Positions 31,707 through 41,463 of a DNA stretch of 64,000 bases are shown piece by piece. Each line of letters begins with the position of its first letter. Position 1 is the stretch's first letter. Below the pieces are notes generated by a model. That model did not search any database, was not told the origin of the DNA, and saw only the letters and a list, made by a program, of their open reading frames with translations. Source of the stretch: a phage; assembly GCA_037431425.1 (NCBI GenBank), contig GCA_037431425.1_4129.1. One strand, given 5' to 3'. The translations under genes and the position numbers were made by a program.

Positions 31707-32150
31707 ATGTGTTGGGTAAATGTAAACAGTATTGAGCTTAATGAAAAAGATATTTTTGCATTTGTAAATTTAACAAATAATACAGTTCTAAAAGGTCGAT
31801 TGTTCAGTTCCAGCACTGGTGAAAAATGGATTTCATTGATGAATGATTGTGGTGAGATTTATAATGTGATGTCGTTACCACAATGGGTCTATAGTAACAC
31901 TGCGGATGATGTTCTTGCAGCAGTTATGCGTGAGTTTGAAAAACTTCCCGGTGGTGATATCAAAAACAAAGTTTTTAATGCCGAGCGTAAAAATTATACA
32001 GCACAGCAATTAGAATCACTCGCTATTGCTGCATATCAAGCTGCTATTAAGAAGCCAGAATGTGTTATTCTTAAGTATATTCCAGACTTAAAACTCACAT
32101 TGGAAGATATGGATGCATTCATTTTTACATCTGAACTTGAACAGTACTGA
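31707..32150 (+). CDS. hypothetical protein
   Basis: Track ORF; SD aaggaa. Confidence 0.55.
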   Translation: MCWVNVNSIELNEKDIFAFVNLTNNTVLKGRLFSSSTGEKWISLMNDCGEIYNVMSLPQWVYSNTADDVLAAVMREFEKLPGGDIKNKVFNAERKNYTAQQLESLAIAAYQAAIKKPECVILKYIPDLKLTLEDMDAFIFTSELEQY

Positions 32151-32263
32151 TTTAACTTTGGGACAAACCTTCCTATAATGATATAATTTTTTTGTCAGTT
32201 TATTTAAATGACATATGAAATATAAATATTATTGTAAAGTTTATCTCTTATAGGAGTTATAAA

Positions 32264-32647
32264 ATGGTTGATAAATGGAATAAGAAAGAACCATCTCATG
32301 ATGTGGATATTTCTGACCTAGATAATGAACATAAACACAAGTACCTAGATTCACTAGGACTACTAAAGCCGGACCAAAGTATTGCACATGATCGTCCTTC
32401 ACGTGAAAAAGCATTCAGTCTGGAATCTCTAGGTCATGAGCTAAATCGTGTGTTTGAAGAACACCCAATCTATGTACGTGATATTATTGAGAAACTTAAA
32501 GTAACTCCTAAAGAGCACTTTAAAGCAACTGTACACTCTGCATTCAATGCATTACATGAAGCACTTAAGAAAACTCACAACCTTCGTAAGATTCATGATG
32601 ATATTGTAAATGCAATTGAAAGTGAAAAGCATAAGTTCAAAAAGTAA
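32264..32647 (+). CDS. hypothetical charged protein
   Basis: Track ORF; SD aggag; followed by PeSL-like module. Confidence 0.55.
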   Translation: MVDKWNKKEPSHDVDISDLDNEHKHKYLDSLGLLKPDQSIAHDRPSREKAFSLESLGHELNRVFEEHPIYVRDIIEKLKVTPKEHFKATVHSAFNALHEALKKTHNLRKIHDDIVNAIESEKHKFKK

Positions 32648-32653
32648 TAGAAA

Positions 32654-32686
32654 GGGTTGACTTCGGTCAGCCTTTTTTTATATACT
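32654..32686 (+). promoter_or_regulatory. PeSL-like module 2
   Basis: GGGTTGACTTCGGTCAGCC + T7 + TATACT. Confidence 0.6.
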
Positions 32687-32711
32687 ATAAATATAATCAT
32701 AGAGAAAAAAC

Positions 32712-33983
32712 ATGAAATCTATGGAGAGAAATCAAATGCCAAGTAATTTTACTGATAAAAATGGTGGTAACATGGCAGGTCACTCGGATAAATGGAGTGA
32801 ACGCAACCGCCGCCCAAATAGTTACCAAGCAGGCCAAGGTTCCCGTGGCTCCAGAAACCAAGGAACGGGACTTGCTGGCAAGGCAAACGCAGAAGCAGGT
32901 GAAGTTAAGAGTACTGAGAACATGACTGAGCTAGAAAAGCTACGTTATGTTAATTCATTAGGACTTCTTAATGCTACACAAAAACAACGTCTAGCTGATA
33001 TGGAACGCGAAGAAAAAGAAAAAACAACTACTAAAGAAGAATCAAAACAGGAAGCACCGAAGCCGTCTAACCCTGTCAAAGAACTGTCTGATAAGTTAGG
33101 TAAGATCTTTGCAAATAAACCCCAACTTATTCAAGGTATTGTCAAAGAATTACAATCTGTACCTAAAGAAGAATTAAAAGTCAAAGCACAAGCTGTTCTG
33201 GATGCAATGAAAGGAAATACCAGTACTGAACCAACTGAAGTGTTCAGTACTATTATGCGTGCACTGGAAGGTAAACAACAAGGTGAAGAACGTGGTGATG
33301 AAGTAAGTCTTGAACGTATTCTTAAAACATTTGATAGTATTGGGAAAGAAGATCGTGTTAATGCACAACAGGTTAAAAATGTTCTAGCAAAATTGGAAAA
33401 CCGTCTAGAAGGTAAAGATGATAAGATTAAATTGGTATCTGATGTAGTTGACAATGCACTTAAATCTTATGTACAAGGTGAAAAGAGTCGTTTTGTGACC
33501 GCGATGGATGCAGCATTCAATACTATGAAAAAGTACGAAGCTGACCATGGTGAGAAGGTTACACCTGATGGTTATCTGATGCGTGATGATGAAGAAGGTG
33601 CAGTAGAACAGAATGATGTTCATTCTGACGAAGATATTGATGACATGGAAGCTGAACTGTCACAAGATCGCCAAATGACTGAAAAATCACACAACGAACT
33701 AAAGAAATTAATGCAGTGGGTCGCTGATGTTGGAGAAAAAGCGGGTGCTGATAAGAAAAGTATAAACCGAAATCTTAGTTGGATTAAAGATAAAGTAGGT
33801 AACAACGCTCGCAAACTACAAAAAGCATGGACTGATGTAGTGAATGGTGCAGTAGATATTGACGTTGAATCTGGTGAAGCATATGATTATGCATTGACTA
33901 CACTTGATGATTCTTTTCGTGACTACGAAAAAGGAAACGTGACTCCTTGGGAAAAGGACATAATGAGCAAATACGGCAAATGA
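32712..33983 (+). CDS. hypothetical highly charged, low-complexity protein (about 420 aa)
   Basis: Long track ORF flanked by PeSL-like modules; N-terminal start ambiguous (ATGs at 32712, 32721, 32736). Confidence 0.6.
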   Translation: MKSMERNQMPSNFTDKNGGNMAGHSDKWSERNRRPNSYQAGQGSRGSRNQGTGLAGKANAEAGEVKSTENMTELEKLRYVNSLGLLNATQKQRLADMEREEKEKTTTKEESKQEAPKPSNPVKELSDKLGKIFANKPQLIQGIVKELQSVPKEELKVKAQAVLDAMKGNTSTEPTEVFSTIMRALEGKQQGEERGDEVSLERILKTFDSIGKEDRVNAQQVKNVLAKLENRLEGKDDKIKLVSDVVDNALKSYVQGEKSRFVTAMDAAFNTMKKYEADHGEKVTPDGYLMRDDEEGAVEQNDVHSDEDIDDMEAELSQDRQMTEKSHNELKKLMQWVADVGEKAGADKKSINRNLSWIKDKVGNNARKLQKAWTDVVNGAVDIDVESGEAYDYALTTLDDSFRDYEKGNVTPWEKDIMSKYGK

Positions 33984-33991
33984 TAACAAAA

Positions 33992-34024
33992 AGGTTGACT
34001 TCGGTCAGCCTTTTTTGTTATGAT
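33992..34024 (+). promoter_or_regulatory. PeSL-like module 3
   Basis: GGTTGACTTCGGTCAGCC + T6 + TATGAT. Confidence 0.6.
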
Positions 34025-34052
34025 AGTGCTATCCACTATTGAGGCCAGAGAG

Positions 34053-34694
34053 ATGACAAAGCAAGAAATATTCAAAACTTTAATTGACATATTACGTCCA
34101 TCTAAATTACGGTGTGCAATGGAGTTTGATATTCCTTATGCTGAACAGGTAATCTTTCCACAAGTGAAATCGGCAGGACTTACGTTACTTGGTATGGGAA
34201 TGTACTCTGTAGTAGTTGAACATAAAAACTATCCAGGTCGTGCATTTAAAGTAACCACGTCACGATGGGATGGTTTTCGTGCTTATGCAAAGTACTGCAT
34301 TGAAAACGCAGGAACTAAATTTCTTCCTGTTATATACAGTGCAAATGAGCAAGGAAACTTCGGCTGGTATGAGATGGATAAGTATTACCCTATAATTAAA
34401 CAAAAAAATAATTACGATGATTTTGTGAGTACTAAAATTGGTGATTTATATTCGTATGCACATGCTGGACAATATGCTTCATCAATATCTAATATGCGTG
34501 GTAGTCCAGAAGAAATTGCTATTGCAACAGTTGTTGCGAACATAATGAAAGAGTTTCATGGTCGTTTTGTACCAGACATTCATTCCAGAAATGTAATGAT
34601 GGACAAAGATGGTAACGTATATATCACAGATCCTATTTCATGTGATGTACGGAGAGAAATACCAATCACACAAGAAGACCCAGTTTTTTATTGA
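34053..34694 (+). CDS. putative protein kinase-like protein
   Basis: Track ORF 34020..34694 (start inside promoter -10; ATG 34053 preferred); DIHSRNVMMDKDGNVYITDP resembles a kinase catalytic loop plus DFG-like segment; GRAFKV resembles the VAIK lysine strand. Confidence 0.55.
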   Translation: MTKQEIFKTLIDILRPSKLRCAMEFDIPYAEQVIFPQVKSAGLTLLGMGMYSVVVEHKNYPGRAFKVTTSRWDGFRAYAKYCIENAGTKFLPVIYSANEQGNFGWYEMDKYYPIIKQKNNYDDFVSTKIGDLYSYAHAGQYASSISNMRGSPEEIAIATVVANIMKEFHGRFVPDIHSRNVMMDKDGNVYITDPISCDVRREIPITQEDPVFY

Positions 34695-34757
34695 CAGAAC
34701 TTTAATACTGTTATATTATTTAAAAATGATAAACGAATTGCATCTAAGGGTAAAATC

Positions 34758-35039
34758 ATGCGTTCATTTGAAAACTTAATCGGAAAAAACCGTTTAGCAG
34801 AAATTGAAGCAGATGTAAAAGAATTGTCACAATCAAAAAGTTATATCCACTTAGATGAACTTTTTATTAAGTACGGTGAAATTGGATTTAAGACACTATT
34901 TGTTTTTACTTTGAAAGTACACAGTTTAAAGTACTTCGATTTAAGTTATAAAAATGGTCAACCGAATCTATATCATATGTATTATCTCAAGAATATAGAA
35001 GAAGCTCATTCCTTATTTTCTGAATATCTGAAGGTATAA
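34758..35039 (+). CDS. hypothetical small protein
   Basis: Track ORF. Confidence 0.5.
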   Translation: MRSFENLIGKNRLAEIEADVKELSQSKSYIHLDELFIKYGEIGFKTLFVFTLKVHSLKYFDLSYKNGQPNLYHMYYLKNIEEAHSLFSEYLKV

Positions 35040-35040
35040 A

Positions 35041-35379
35041 ATGGAACAATATTTTGAATTAATTAATAAAGTGTCATTCTATGTAGTGTCATTGACGTGG
35101 GTTTATTTCATGTTTTGCTACATTATTGCATTCTTCCGATATACTACTTTATATGAACGTATCTATTATGATGCACCAATTTCATTCTTGGTGTTCTGTG
35201 CATGTACGTGGGGAATATTAGAAGTACTGATATGTGGATATAGAACTGATGAATTAAATCTGGTATCGGTATTGACTGGGTTATCACTTGGTGTTATGAT
35301 ATCTTTCTTTCCAGTATGGTTGTTCTTTGAACTGATCCATCGCATTGATGTATGGCGTTCTAATATCCCTGAAAAATAA
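35041..35379 (+). CDS. small two-helix membrane protein, RxxIPE family, copy A1
   Basis: Track ORF; hydrophobic segments; C-terminal WRSNIPEK. Confidence 0.55.
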   Translation: MEQYFELINKVSFYVVSLTWVYFMFCYIIAFFRYTTLYERIYYDAPISFLVFCACTWGILEVLICGYRTDELNLVSVLTGLSLGVMISFFPVWLFFELIHRIDVWRSNIPEK

Positions 35380-35388
35380 GGATTGATA

Positions 35389-35730
35389 ATGATTTTCTAT
35401 ACTAATGCGTTTGCTTATGCTATTGCATCAATCTACATTGTGTACTTCTTATTTGGTGGAGTACTGTACTTCTTTAAGTACAAAACATTGTTTAACCGAA
35501 TGTATCCAAATCACCCAATTGTAGTAGTACTTTTGATAATTTCTGTTGCTCATATCATTGTAGAAACAATAATGGGTATCAGTGCAGTACATTACAGTCT
35601 AGGTACTATTGTAATTATTACTATGATCATAGCATACATTTTAGTAATGGGTTCTGGTTTATTTGGGAATGTAGCAATGAAAATGTATAATCGAATCAAA
35701 ACATTACGTGATAATCTACCGGAGCGTTGA
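35389..35730 (+). CDS. small two-helix membrane protein, RxxIPE family, copy A2
   Basis: Track ORF 35383..35730; ATG 35389 after aagga; C-terminal LRDNLPER. Confidence 0.55.
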   Translation: MIFYTNAFAYAIASIYIVYFLFGGVLYFFKYKTLFNRMYPNHPIVVVLLIISVAHIIVETIMGISAVHYSLGTIVIITMIIAYILVMGSGLFGNVAMKMYNRIKTLRDNLPER

Positions 35731-35731
35731 G

Positions 35732-36076
35732 TTGTATAATTTAAATTTAATATCATATATCATAACAACAATGTTTACTTTCTATGCCTTTGTTGGTATA
35801 ATCCTACTGTACTTTAAATTTTATAAAGTCTTTGACCGTTTATTTCCATCATTGGAACATGAATTCTTAGTGGTGATGTACATATGTTTAACGTGTATGT
35901 CTACATTTTTCACTGTATTTGATGGTATCATCGGTATTAAAGCTGAAGATCCAAATGGAAGTACACTTGTTGCCTTTATCCTGGTAGGATTCTTCGGCAC
36001 TTATATCACTTTCATTTCAACATGGTCTGTGGTTGATTATCTCATTAGATTACGAGATAAAATGCCAAATCGATAG
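35732..36076 (+). CDS. small two-helix membrane protein, RxxIPE family, copy A3
   Basis: Track ORF 35708..36076; TTG start at 35732 inferred from paralog alignment and ggag SD; C-terminal LRDKMPNR. Confidence 0.45.
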   Translation: MYNLNLISYIITTMFTFYAFVGIILLYFKFYKVFDRLFPSLEHEFLVVMYICLTCMSTFFTVFDGIIGIKAEDPNGSTLVAFILVGFFGTYITFISTWSVVDYLIRLRDKMPNR

Positions 36077-36085
36077 GGGATTGCT

Positions 36086-36343
36086 ATGTTTGCATTGCGT
36101 AATAAAAATACAAAAGAGATTCTATGTATCTCAGCAGTATGGGATTGTGCAGGAAGTGAAATGATCCTCGAAGAAGGTTCAGGTGATTGTGTTTATGTTG
36201 TTCAGGATCGTCGTGAACTTGAATCATTACTTGATGAATTTAATGCTGGTGGTAATCCTAAAAGTACTGAATTCCCTGTGATTATTAATCCAGCACCACC
36301 TGGTTCTTATGAAATTCTACAACTGTGGGAGATGGATAAGTAA
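36086..36343 (+). CDS. hypothetical small protein
   Basis: Track ORF. Confidence 0.5.
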   Translation: MFALRNKNTKEILCISAVWDCAGSEMILEEGSGDCVYVVQDRRELESLLDEFNAGGNPKSTEFPVIINPAPPGSYEILQLWEMDK

Positions 36344-36723
36344 TGCGTCAAATGTACAAAGTAACCGAGCTAAACAAGCGTCTGATTAAACAATCAATGT
36401 TCGAGGACAAAGAGTCTTATTATAACTTTAAACGTGCTGTAGAGGCTGCTATCCATATCCAGAAGCTTAAAGATAGTGGTTGTATTATTCTCGAAAATGG
36501 TTCTGATGTTGTAACGGATGACTTTAGTGTAGCGTTTGATGTTTCACCAGATGGTATACTATCAATGCCACGATTAGGAACTGGAAACATGACTGTTTGG
36601 GTCGGCTTCACTATGGGTAATGTACCAGACACGGTGTATGTAGATGATATTGAGTTGAAAGAAAGCTTCAAAAACTTATCTTATCTTGAACCACAATACG
36701 CACATGAAATGAATTTATTTTGA
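36343..36723 (+). CDS. hypothetical protein
   Basis: Track ORF; ATGA-type overlap. Confidence 0.5.
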   Translation: MRQMYKVTELNKRLIKQSMFEDKESYYNFKRAVEAAIHIQKLKDSGCIILENGSDVVTDDFSVAFDVSPDGILSMPRLGTGNMTVWVGFTMGNVPDTVYVDDIELKESFKNLSYLEPQYAHEMNLF

Positions 36724-36724
36724 G

Positions 36725-36752
36725 TTGACAAACAGATTTAGTACTGTATAAT
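36725..36752 (+). promoter_or_regulatory. sigma70-type promoter (TTGACA-N16-TATAAT)
   Basis: Consensus; TAGTACTG immediately upstream of -10. Confidence 0.7.
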
Positions 36753-36799
36753 GTTTACCAACGGGATGAATTTCCCATCCCTACTATCGAGGAATTACC

Positions 36800-37354
36800 A
36801 TGATTACTTTTAAGAAAACAGCTAACCATATCCATGAAATTTACATTAACGGTCATAAAGCTGGGCTTCTTCGCTTACTGGCACATCATCCTAATGTAGA
36901 CGTATCTGATAATGAACCTAAAGATTGGCGTGTCTTTTTCTTTGGAAAGTACAGTGATTTTCAAGTATCAAATCTGAAGAAGATTCGTTCAGTATGCACG
37001 TTAACTGAAATTAAAGAAAAGTTAGCAGAAGCACTGAAAACCAATCCAGATGGAATCCTTCCTCCTGATAACTTTGTAGATAAAGGTTATGCTTTAGCTC
37101 ATTTCAAAGATGGTACTATTCAATCTATTAGTACTGAATATGAATATCAATGGACTGAGTACTTCACTTATGGCTCACCTAATACATTGATGGCTTCACG
37201 TAGTAAATTGGAAGAAGTACTGACACGTATTAATGAACGCGAGCGTCAGTTCTATGACAAACCAGAAATGTGGAGTTCAACTCACATTGACCGTATTGAC
37301 TATGTTATTATGACTCCAATCTTTAACACTGCTTACTATGATTCTTTGAAATAA
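36800..37354 (+). CDS. hypothetical protein
   Basis: Track ORF downstream of promoter 36725..36752; SD gaggaa. Confidence 0.6.
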   Translation: MITFKKTANHIHEIYINGHKAGLLRLLAHHPNVDVSDNEPKDWRVFFFGKYSDFQVSNLKKIRSVCTLTEIKEKLAEALKTNPDGILPPDNFVDKGYALAHFKDGTIQSISTEYEYQWTEYFTYGSPNTLMASRSKLEEVLTRINERERQFYDKPEMWSSTHIDRIDYVIMTPIFNTAYYDSLK

Positions 37355-37365
37355 GGATAACTTAT

Positions 37366-37542
37366 ATGAAACTACGTACTCGTAATCGCCTGATGGATGC
37401 ACTGTACCATGAACAGTATTCATTAAATGAAGTAAAGAGACAGTTAATGTATACATATCAGTTACCTGCCCGTGCTGCGAAACAACGTGCTAAAGAATTA
37501 CTGAAAGAAGCTATCGAGTACTGGGAGTCTGATTCGTATTAA
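37366..37542 (+). CDS. hypothetical small protein (58 aa)
   Basis: Manually found; SD aaggata upstream. Confidence 0.4.
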   Translation: MKLRTRNRLMDALYHEQYSLNEVKRQLMYTYQLPARAAKQRAKELLKEAIEYWESDSY

Positions 37543-37581
37543 TATTACGTGATATGTCACATTAATTAAGTGAGACGATAA

Positions 37582-37833
37582 ATGAAAATTTTATTAGTTC
37601 TAATACTACTAATTGTTTTACCATTTACTTTAGTATCTCCTGAACTTGCATGGAATGTGTTTGTGTACTTGGTATGTACTATTGCGGTAAATGGTATCTT
37701 GTTCTTAGTTCTATTCATAAATGGAATAGGACACGGTGGTGGATGGACCAGTACTGCTAATATTGTACATAAAACCACTATGTCTTTATTTGTAGTGTGG
37801 AATTTATTCTGGACTTGGTTTGTGTTCTTCTAA
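37582..37833 (+). CDS. hypothetical membrane protein
   Basis: Track ORF; hydrophobic throughout. Confidence 0.5.
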   Translation: MKILLVLILLIVLPFTLVSPELAWNVFVYLVCTIAVNGILFLVLFINGIGHGGGWTSTANIVHKTTMSLFVVWNLFWTWFVFF

Positions 37834-37841
37834 TTAAAAAT

Positions 37842-38213
37842 ATGAATATAGATTTGAAAGGTTCAACACGAACTGTTATCCTTATTGGTGATTATGCTAT
37901 TAAGATTCCAACCTTTAAAAGTTGGAAGTTATTCCTAACTGGAATGATAGCGAACCTCAATGAACGTTCATGGATGCAGTACTCCAATCGTAGTGATAGT
38001 GGAATATCCCCTACGCTGTGGTCCTCTCGTACTGGTTTAATAACAATACAGAAACGTTGTAAACCTGTACAACATAGGGGTTTATTTTGGGTTGAGTTGT
38101 GTGCGTTGGCATCAAAATCAGAGTTGAATACTGACTTCTTCTATTCAGATGCGAAGCCAGAAAACTTTGGGTATCTGTGTGGTAAGTTGGTTAAACTTGA
38201 TTATGGAGATTAA
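37842..38213 (+). CDS. putative small protein kinase-like protein
   Basis: Track ORF 37797..38213 trimmed to ATG 37842; SDAKPENFG...LVKLDYGD resembles a kinase catalytic loop plus DFG; IGDYAIKIP is VAIK-like. Confidence 0.5.
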   Translation: MNIDLKGSTRTVILIGDYAIKIPTFKSWKLFLTGMIANLNERSWMQYSNRSDSGISPTLWSSRTGLITIQKRCKPVQHRGLFWVELCALASKSELNTDFFYSDAKPENFGYLCGKLVKLDYGD

Positions 38214-38214
38214 T

Positions 38215-38484
38215 ATGTACGCATTGTATAATAAAGAAAAGAAACGATTTGCTAAGGTTGAAATTTCGATTGATACATTTGACATGTTGGAGTACTGTAT
38301 TGTAACGGATTTATATGCTAACTTGTATTACGTTCTTGATGACGTATCAGTACTGCAACGATTGCTTGAGAATTCCAAAAGTCAATGCCAGGGCATCTAT
38401 GATGGTTCATCTTATGAAACACCTGAGTGTTCCTACGGCTATCTGGACGGGTATGAGATTGTGAAGTTGGGGATTGTTGAATAA
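38215..38484 (+). CDS. hypothetical small protein
   Basis: Track ORF 38149..38484; ATG 38215 after ggagatt is preferred. Confidence 0.45.
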   Translation: MYALYNKEKKRFAKVEISIDTFDMLEYCIVTDLYANLYYVLDDVSVLQRLLENSKSQCQGIYDGSSYETPECSYGYLDGYEIVKLGIVE

Positions 38485-38496
38485 ATGGATTAAACA

Positions 38497-38910
38497 ATGA
38501 AGAAGTGTATCACGTGTAATATTGAAAAAGACATTAGTGAATTTGGTATAAGAAAAGATACTGGGAAACATAGAAATACATGCAAAGGTTGTAGTAATAT
38601 TACCAGTAAGAAAACCAGAAATAAAAAAACTGATGTCAAAAAACTTGAAGAAATCAAAAGAAAAAATAAAGATTTCATGTCCAGAGTTAAATCATTTTAT
38701 GGTTGTAGTATTTGTATGATGAAGTATCCAGAATGTTTAGACTTTCATCATCTTGATCCGAATATCAAAGAACATACACCAAGTTCTATGTTCAGTAAAA
38801 GTCGAGATGCTATCAAAGATGAAATTCGAAAGTGTATGATTCTTTGTTCTAATCATCATCGCATGGTCCATTCTGGAAGACTATGCTTAATTGAAAGAAA
38901 AAAGGGTTGA
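38497..38910 (+). CDS. HNH endonuclease-like protein (homing-endonuclease-like)
   Basis: Track ORF; CxxC...CxxC and DFHHLDP...CSNHHRMVH fit an HNH/zinc-finger motif. Confidence 0.6.
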   Translation: MKKCITCNIEKDISEFGIRKDTGKHRNTCKGCSNITSKKTRNKKTDVKKLEEIKRKNKDFMSRVKSFYGCSICMMKYPECLDFHHLDPNIKEHTPSSMFSKSRDAIKDEIRKCMILCSNHHRMVHSGRLCLIERKKG

Positions 38911-38936
38911 CTTCTGTCAGCCCTTTTTGCTATAAT
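38904..38936 (+). promoter_or_regulatory. PeSL-like module 4
   Basis: GGGTTGACTTCTGTCAGCCC + T5 + GCTATAAT; downstream roughly 25 bp identical to module 6. Confidence 0.65.
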
Positions 38937-38966
38937 CATTTCATCGAAGCTTGAGGATATTAAAAA

Positions 38967-39449
38967 ATGAACTACTTAGATTTGATTAACTCATATGTAA
39001 TTAGCCCATATATTAACGATGAAAGTATTAAATGTGTAGTATCAGTTGAGGATCACCCAACTGGTGCATTAAAACTATTTGGTGCAGGTCAAATTAACAA
39101 CCGCAACGGGTATACATTTGAATATTTACCATCAAGTGATAAGTTTGGATGTTATGACCACGAAACAAATAAGGGATATATTTGGGGAACACACTTAAGT
39201 ATTGCACAATCTTCGCTTTTCGAAGACCATAATGGGTATATGTGGCGATATTTAGGTGCAGTACTGCTTGATATCGCCCGTAGGTATAAGAAGTGTATAA
39301 CATTAACTTATACTCATACAAATGAATATAAAAACGAAGTTCAAGTTATTGATGAGGATTTTTTTAAAAATATTCCTTATATTGATTTTAACTGTCAAAA
39401 TGGTTATGCTACATACCCAGCAAGTTTTGAAGGTGAAAGATACTTTTAA
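38967..39449 (+). CDS. hypothetical protein
   Basis: Track ORF downstream of PeSL-like promoter; SD gagga. Confidence 0.6.
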   Translation: MNYLDLINSYVISPYINDESIKCVVSVEDHPTGALKLFGAGQINNRNGYTFEYLPSSDKFGCYDHETNKGYIWGTHLSIAQSSLFEDHNGYMWRYLGAVLLDIARRYKKCITLTYTHTNEYKNEVQVIDEDFFKNIPYIDFNCQNGYATYPASFEGERYF

Positions 39450-39541
39450 AAAGAGTTGATTTAAAATGTATAAGTGATATACTTATCATATCAAGACGAA
39501 ACAACAACCAACATGTAAACGCTACTAATTAGGAGACACAC

Positions 39542-39952
39542 ATGATCAACAAACATTTCGCAGTTTCCAAAACTGTAACCATCGATAATGAATGGGAAAT
39601 TACCATTCTAAATGATACGGCTCGTGGACTACTGGCAGAGAATATTCTCCAGAAGTATATTGACTGTGAATCTGAGTTGATCATTCATGAACGCACTAAA
39701 TTTCTTCTAATTGGTGGAAAGAAATGTAAAGTTCTGGTATTCACCGACAAAATGACTCGTGCAGATATCATTACTAAATTGGTTAGTTCTTCACGTCATC
39801 GTCCGGGTGTTAATAGATCAATTGATGAGATTAAAGAAATGAAGCCAGGTGATTTATTCATTGTTGCAGGGTTTGATTCAAAAACAAGAAAAATGAGTAT
39901 TTCAGAAATGTATACTAATGCTGAAATGCGTAACAAATTCTTTTCTAACTAA
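39542..39952 (+). CDS. hypothetical protein
   Basis: Track ORF; SD aggaga. Confidence 0.55.
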   Translation: MINKHFAVSKTVTIDNEWEITILNDTARGLLAENILQKYIDCESELIIHERTKFLLIGGKKCKVLVFTDKMTRADIITKLVSSSRHRPGVNRSIDEIKEMKPGDLFIVAGFDSKTRKMSISEMYTNAEMRNKFFSN

Positions 39953-39987
39953 TCAACCCATGTAGTGTAATCTTATACACATTTTAG

Positions 39988-41205
39988 ATGGATAAAAATA
40001 TGATCTTCGAAACTGAAAAAACATTACTTGAAACTTACACTTTGGATAATCTAGTTAAACTTAACCTTGAACGACCAGATATCCAACGCAATTGGCAATG
40101 GAAAAATAATAACCAAAACAATCTTATTATTTCCATTCTAAAGAATTCTCCAATTGGTCAATTTTTAGTATGGAATGAAACTAGTTCAAATACGATGTAC
40201 ATCACTGATGGTCGTCATCGCTATACAGTAATTTCAAACTTCATGAACAATAAATTCCCAGTCACTGTTAGAACTGAAGATGGGACTAAGGATTATTATT
40301 ATGGTTCTGATGATCCAGTAGAAGAAGAAAGCATTTCACTGAAACTTGGTGGAAAGCGTAAAACATGGGATTTTTTATCTAAAGAAGAGCGTGATGCTTT
40401 TCGTGCAAAGGAAGTATCAGTAACATTCGTTCATACAGACGATGCTGAAAAGATTTCAGATATGTTTATTGCAATTAATACTGCATCATCTAATCTATGT
40501 AAAGTTGATTTGTTAGTATGTAAGCACCACACAAATACATATATGAAACGTATTGATAAGCTATTTTCAATTGAGTTTGGCAAAGATGAACCCATGGCAG
40601 CATTAGTGAGTGATTTTTACCGTGCAATCGGTCATTGTTGTGTTAATGGTAATCATGAGAAACACTTATCGAAGCTTAAAGCTAACCCTAAAGTACAGAA
40701 GCGTGAATTTTTTGAAATGTTCTTTATGGTCAAAGCGTTCGCGAAATTATGTGCTAGTGCACTAGATGGTAAGCTAAACTCATACCGTATGCCAAAGATG
40801 AACCAACAAATTGAAGAAGCAATTATTAGTACTGAATCTCTTAGTGAGAAACATGCTGATGCTGATTTTGTTCAGTTTGTTAATGCAGTTCGTGAGATGA
40901 ATTTGGTATCACCTGTAAAATCTGCACAAAAATTTCAATTTATCCATGAAGATATGAAGAATACCTTTAATAAGAGACTCTTTTGTATTTTGATGGGATT
41001 GTTTTATGCTTATGGTACAAGATTGCCATTACATTTTCGTGATGTATGGGGTGACATTTATAATGAAATGTCAGAAAAAAGTTCAGAACTACCTACTAAT
41101 GGAACCGATAGTCCTTCCGCAATTTTAGCTGGCATTGAAATGATTGAACCATACTTTAGTTCAGCATTTAATAATATTCCATTGAGTGCTTACGTGGGAA
41201 AGTGA
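39988..41205 (+). CDS. DUF262/ParB-like nuclease-domain protein (GmrSD N-terminal-like)
   Basis: N-terminal PDIQRNWQW and DGRHR motifs resemble the DUF262 signature (QR..W and DGQQR); stop overlaps the GTG start of the next HNH ORF. Confidence 0.6.
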   Translation: MDKNMIFETEKTLLETYTLDNLVKLNLERPDIQRNWQWKNNNQNNLIISILKNSPIGQFLVWNETSSNTMYITDGRHRYTVISNFMNNKFPVTVRTEDGTKDYYYGSDDPVEEESISLKLGGKRKTWDFLSKEERDAFRAKEVSVTFVHTDDAEKISDMFIAINTASSNLCKVDLLVCKHHTNTYMKRIDKLFSIEFGKDEPMAALVSDFYRAIGHCCVNGNHEKHLSKLKANPKVQKREFFEMFFMVKAFAKLCASALDGKLNSYRMPKMNQQIEEAIISTESLSEKHADADFVQFVNAVREMNLVSPVKSAQKFQFIHEDMKNTFNKRLFCILMGLFYAYGTRLPLHFRDVWGDIYNEMSEKSSELPTNGTDSPSAILAGIEMIEPYFSSAFNNIPLSAYVGK

Positions 41206-41414
41206 AAAAACGTGGTGTACTAAATACACCACAAAAACAATATCTTTTGAAAAGATATTCTTTGTGTTATCTTTGTGGACAGAAGATATCGGATTCAGAT
41301 ATACTACATTTTGACCATGTTCAATCATTAAAAGATGGTGGTAGTAATGAATTAAGTAATATACGACCAACGCACTCCATTTGTAATTTACGTAAAGGTG
41401 CTAAGAGTATGTAA
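41202..41414 (+). CDS. small HNH endonuclease
   Basis: CxxC followed by HFDHVQSLKDGGSNELSNIRPTHSICNLRKG (HNH); GTGA overlap with upstream stop suggests translational coupling. Confidence 0.65.
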   Translation: MKKRGVLNTPQKQYLLKRYSLCYLCGQKISDSDILHFDHVQSLKDGGSNELSNIRPTHSICNLRKGAKSM

Positions 41415-41463
41415 AGCTAATACTCCCCAAAGATGGGGAGTATATATAATTAAAGGGATTTAT

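Noticed and set aside
41421-41442. Hairpin TACTCCCCAAAGATGGGGAGTA as a tRNA or riboswitch
   Set aside because: Simple hairpin between the HNH ORF and the MTase start; more likely an attenuator or terminator-like structure
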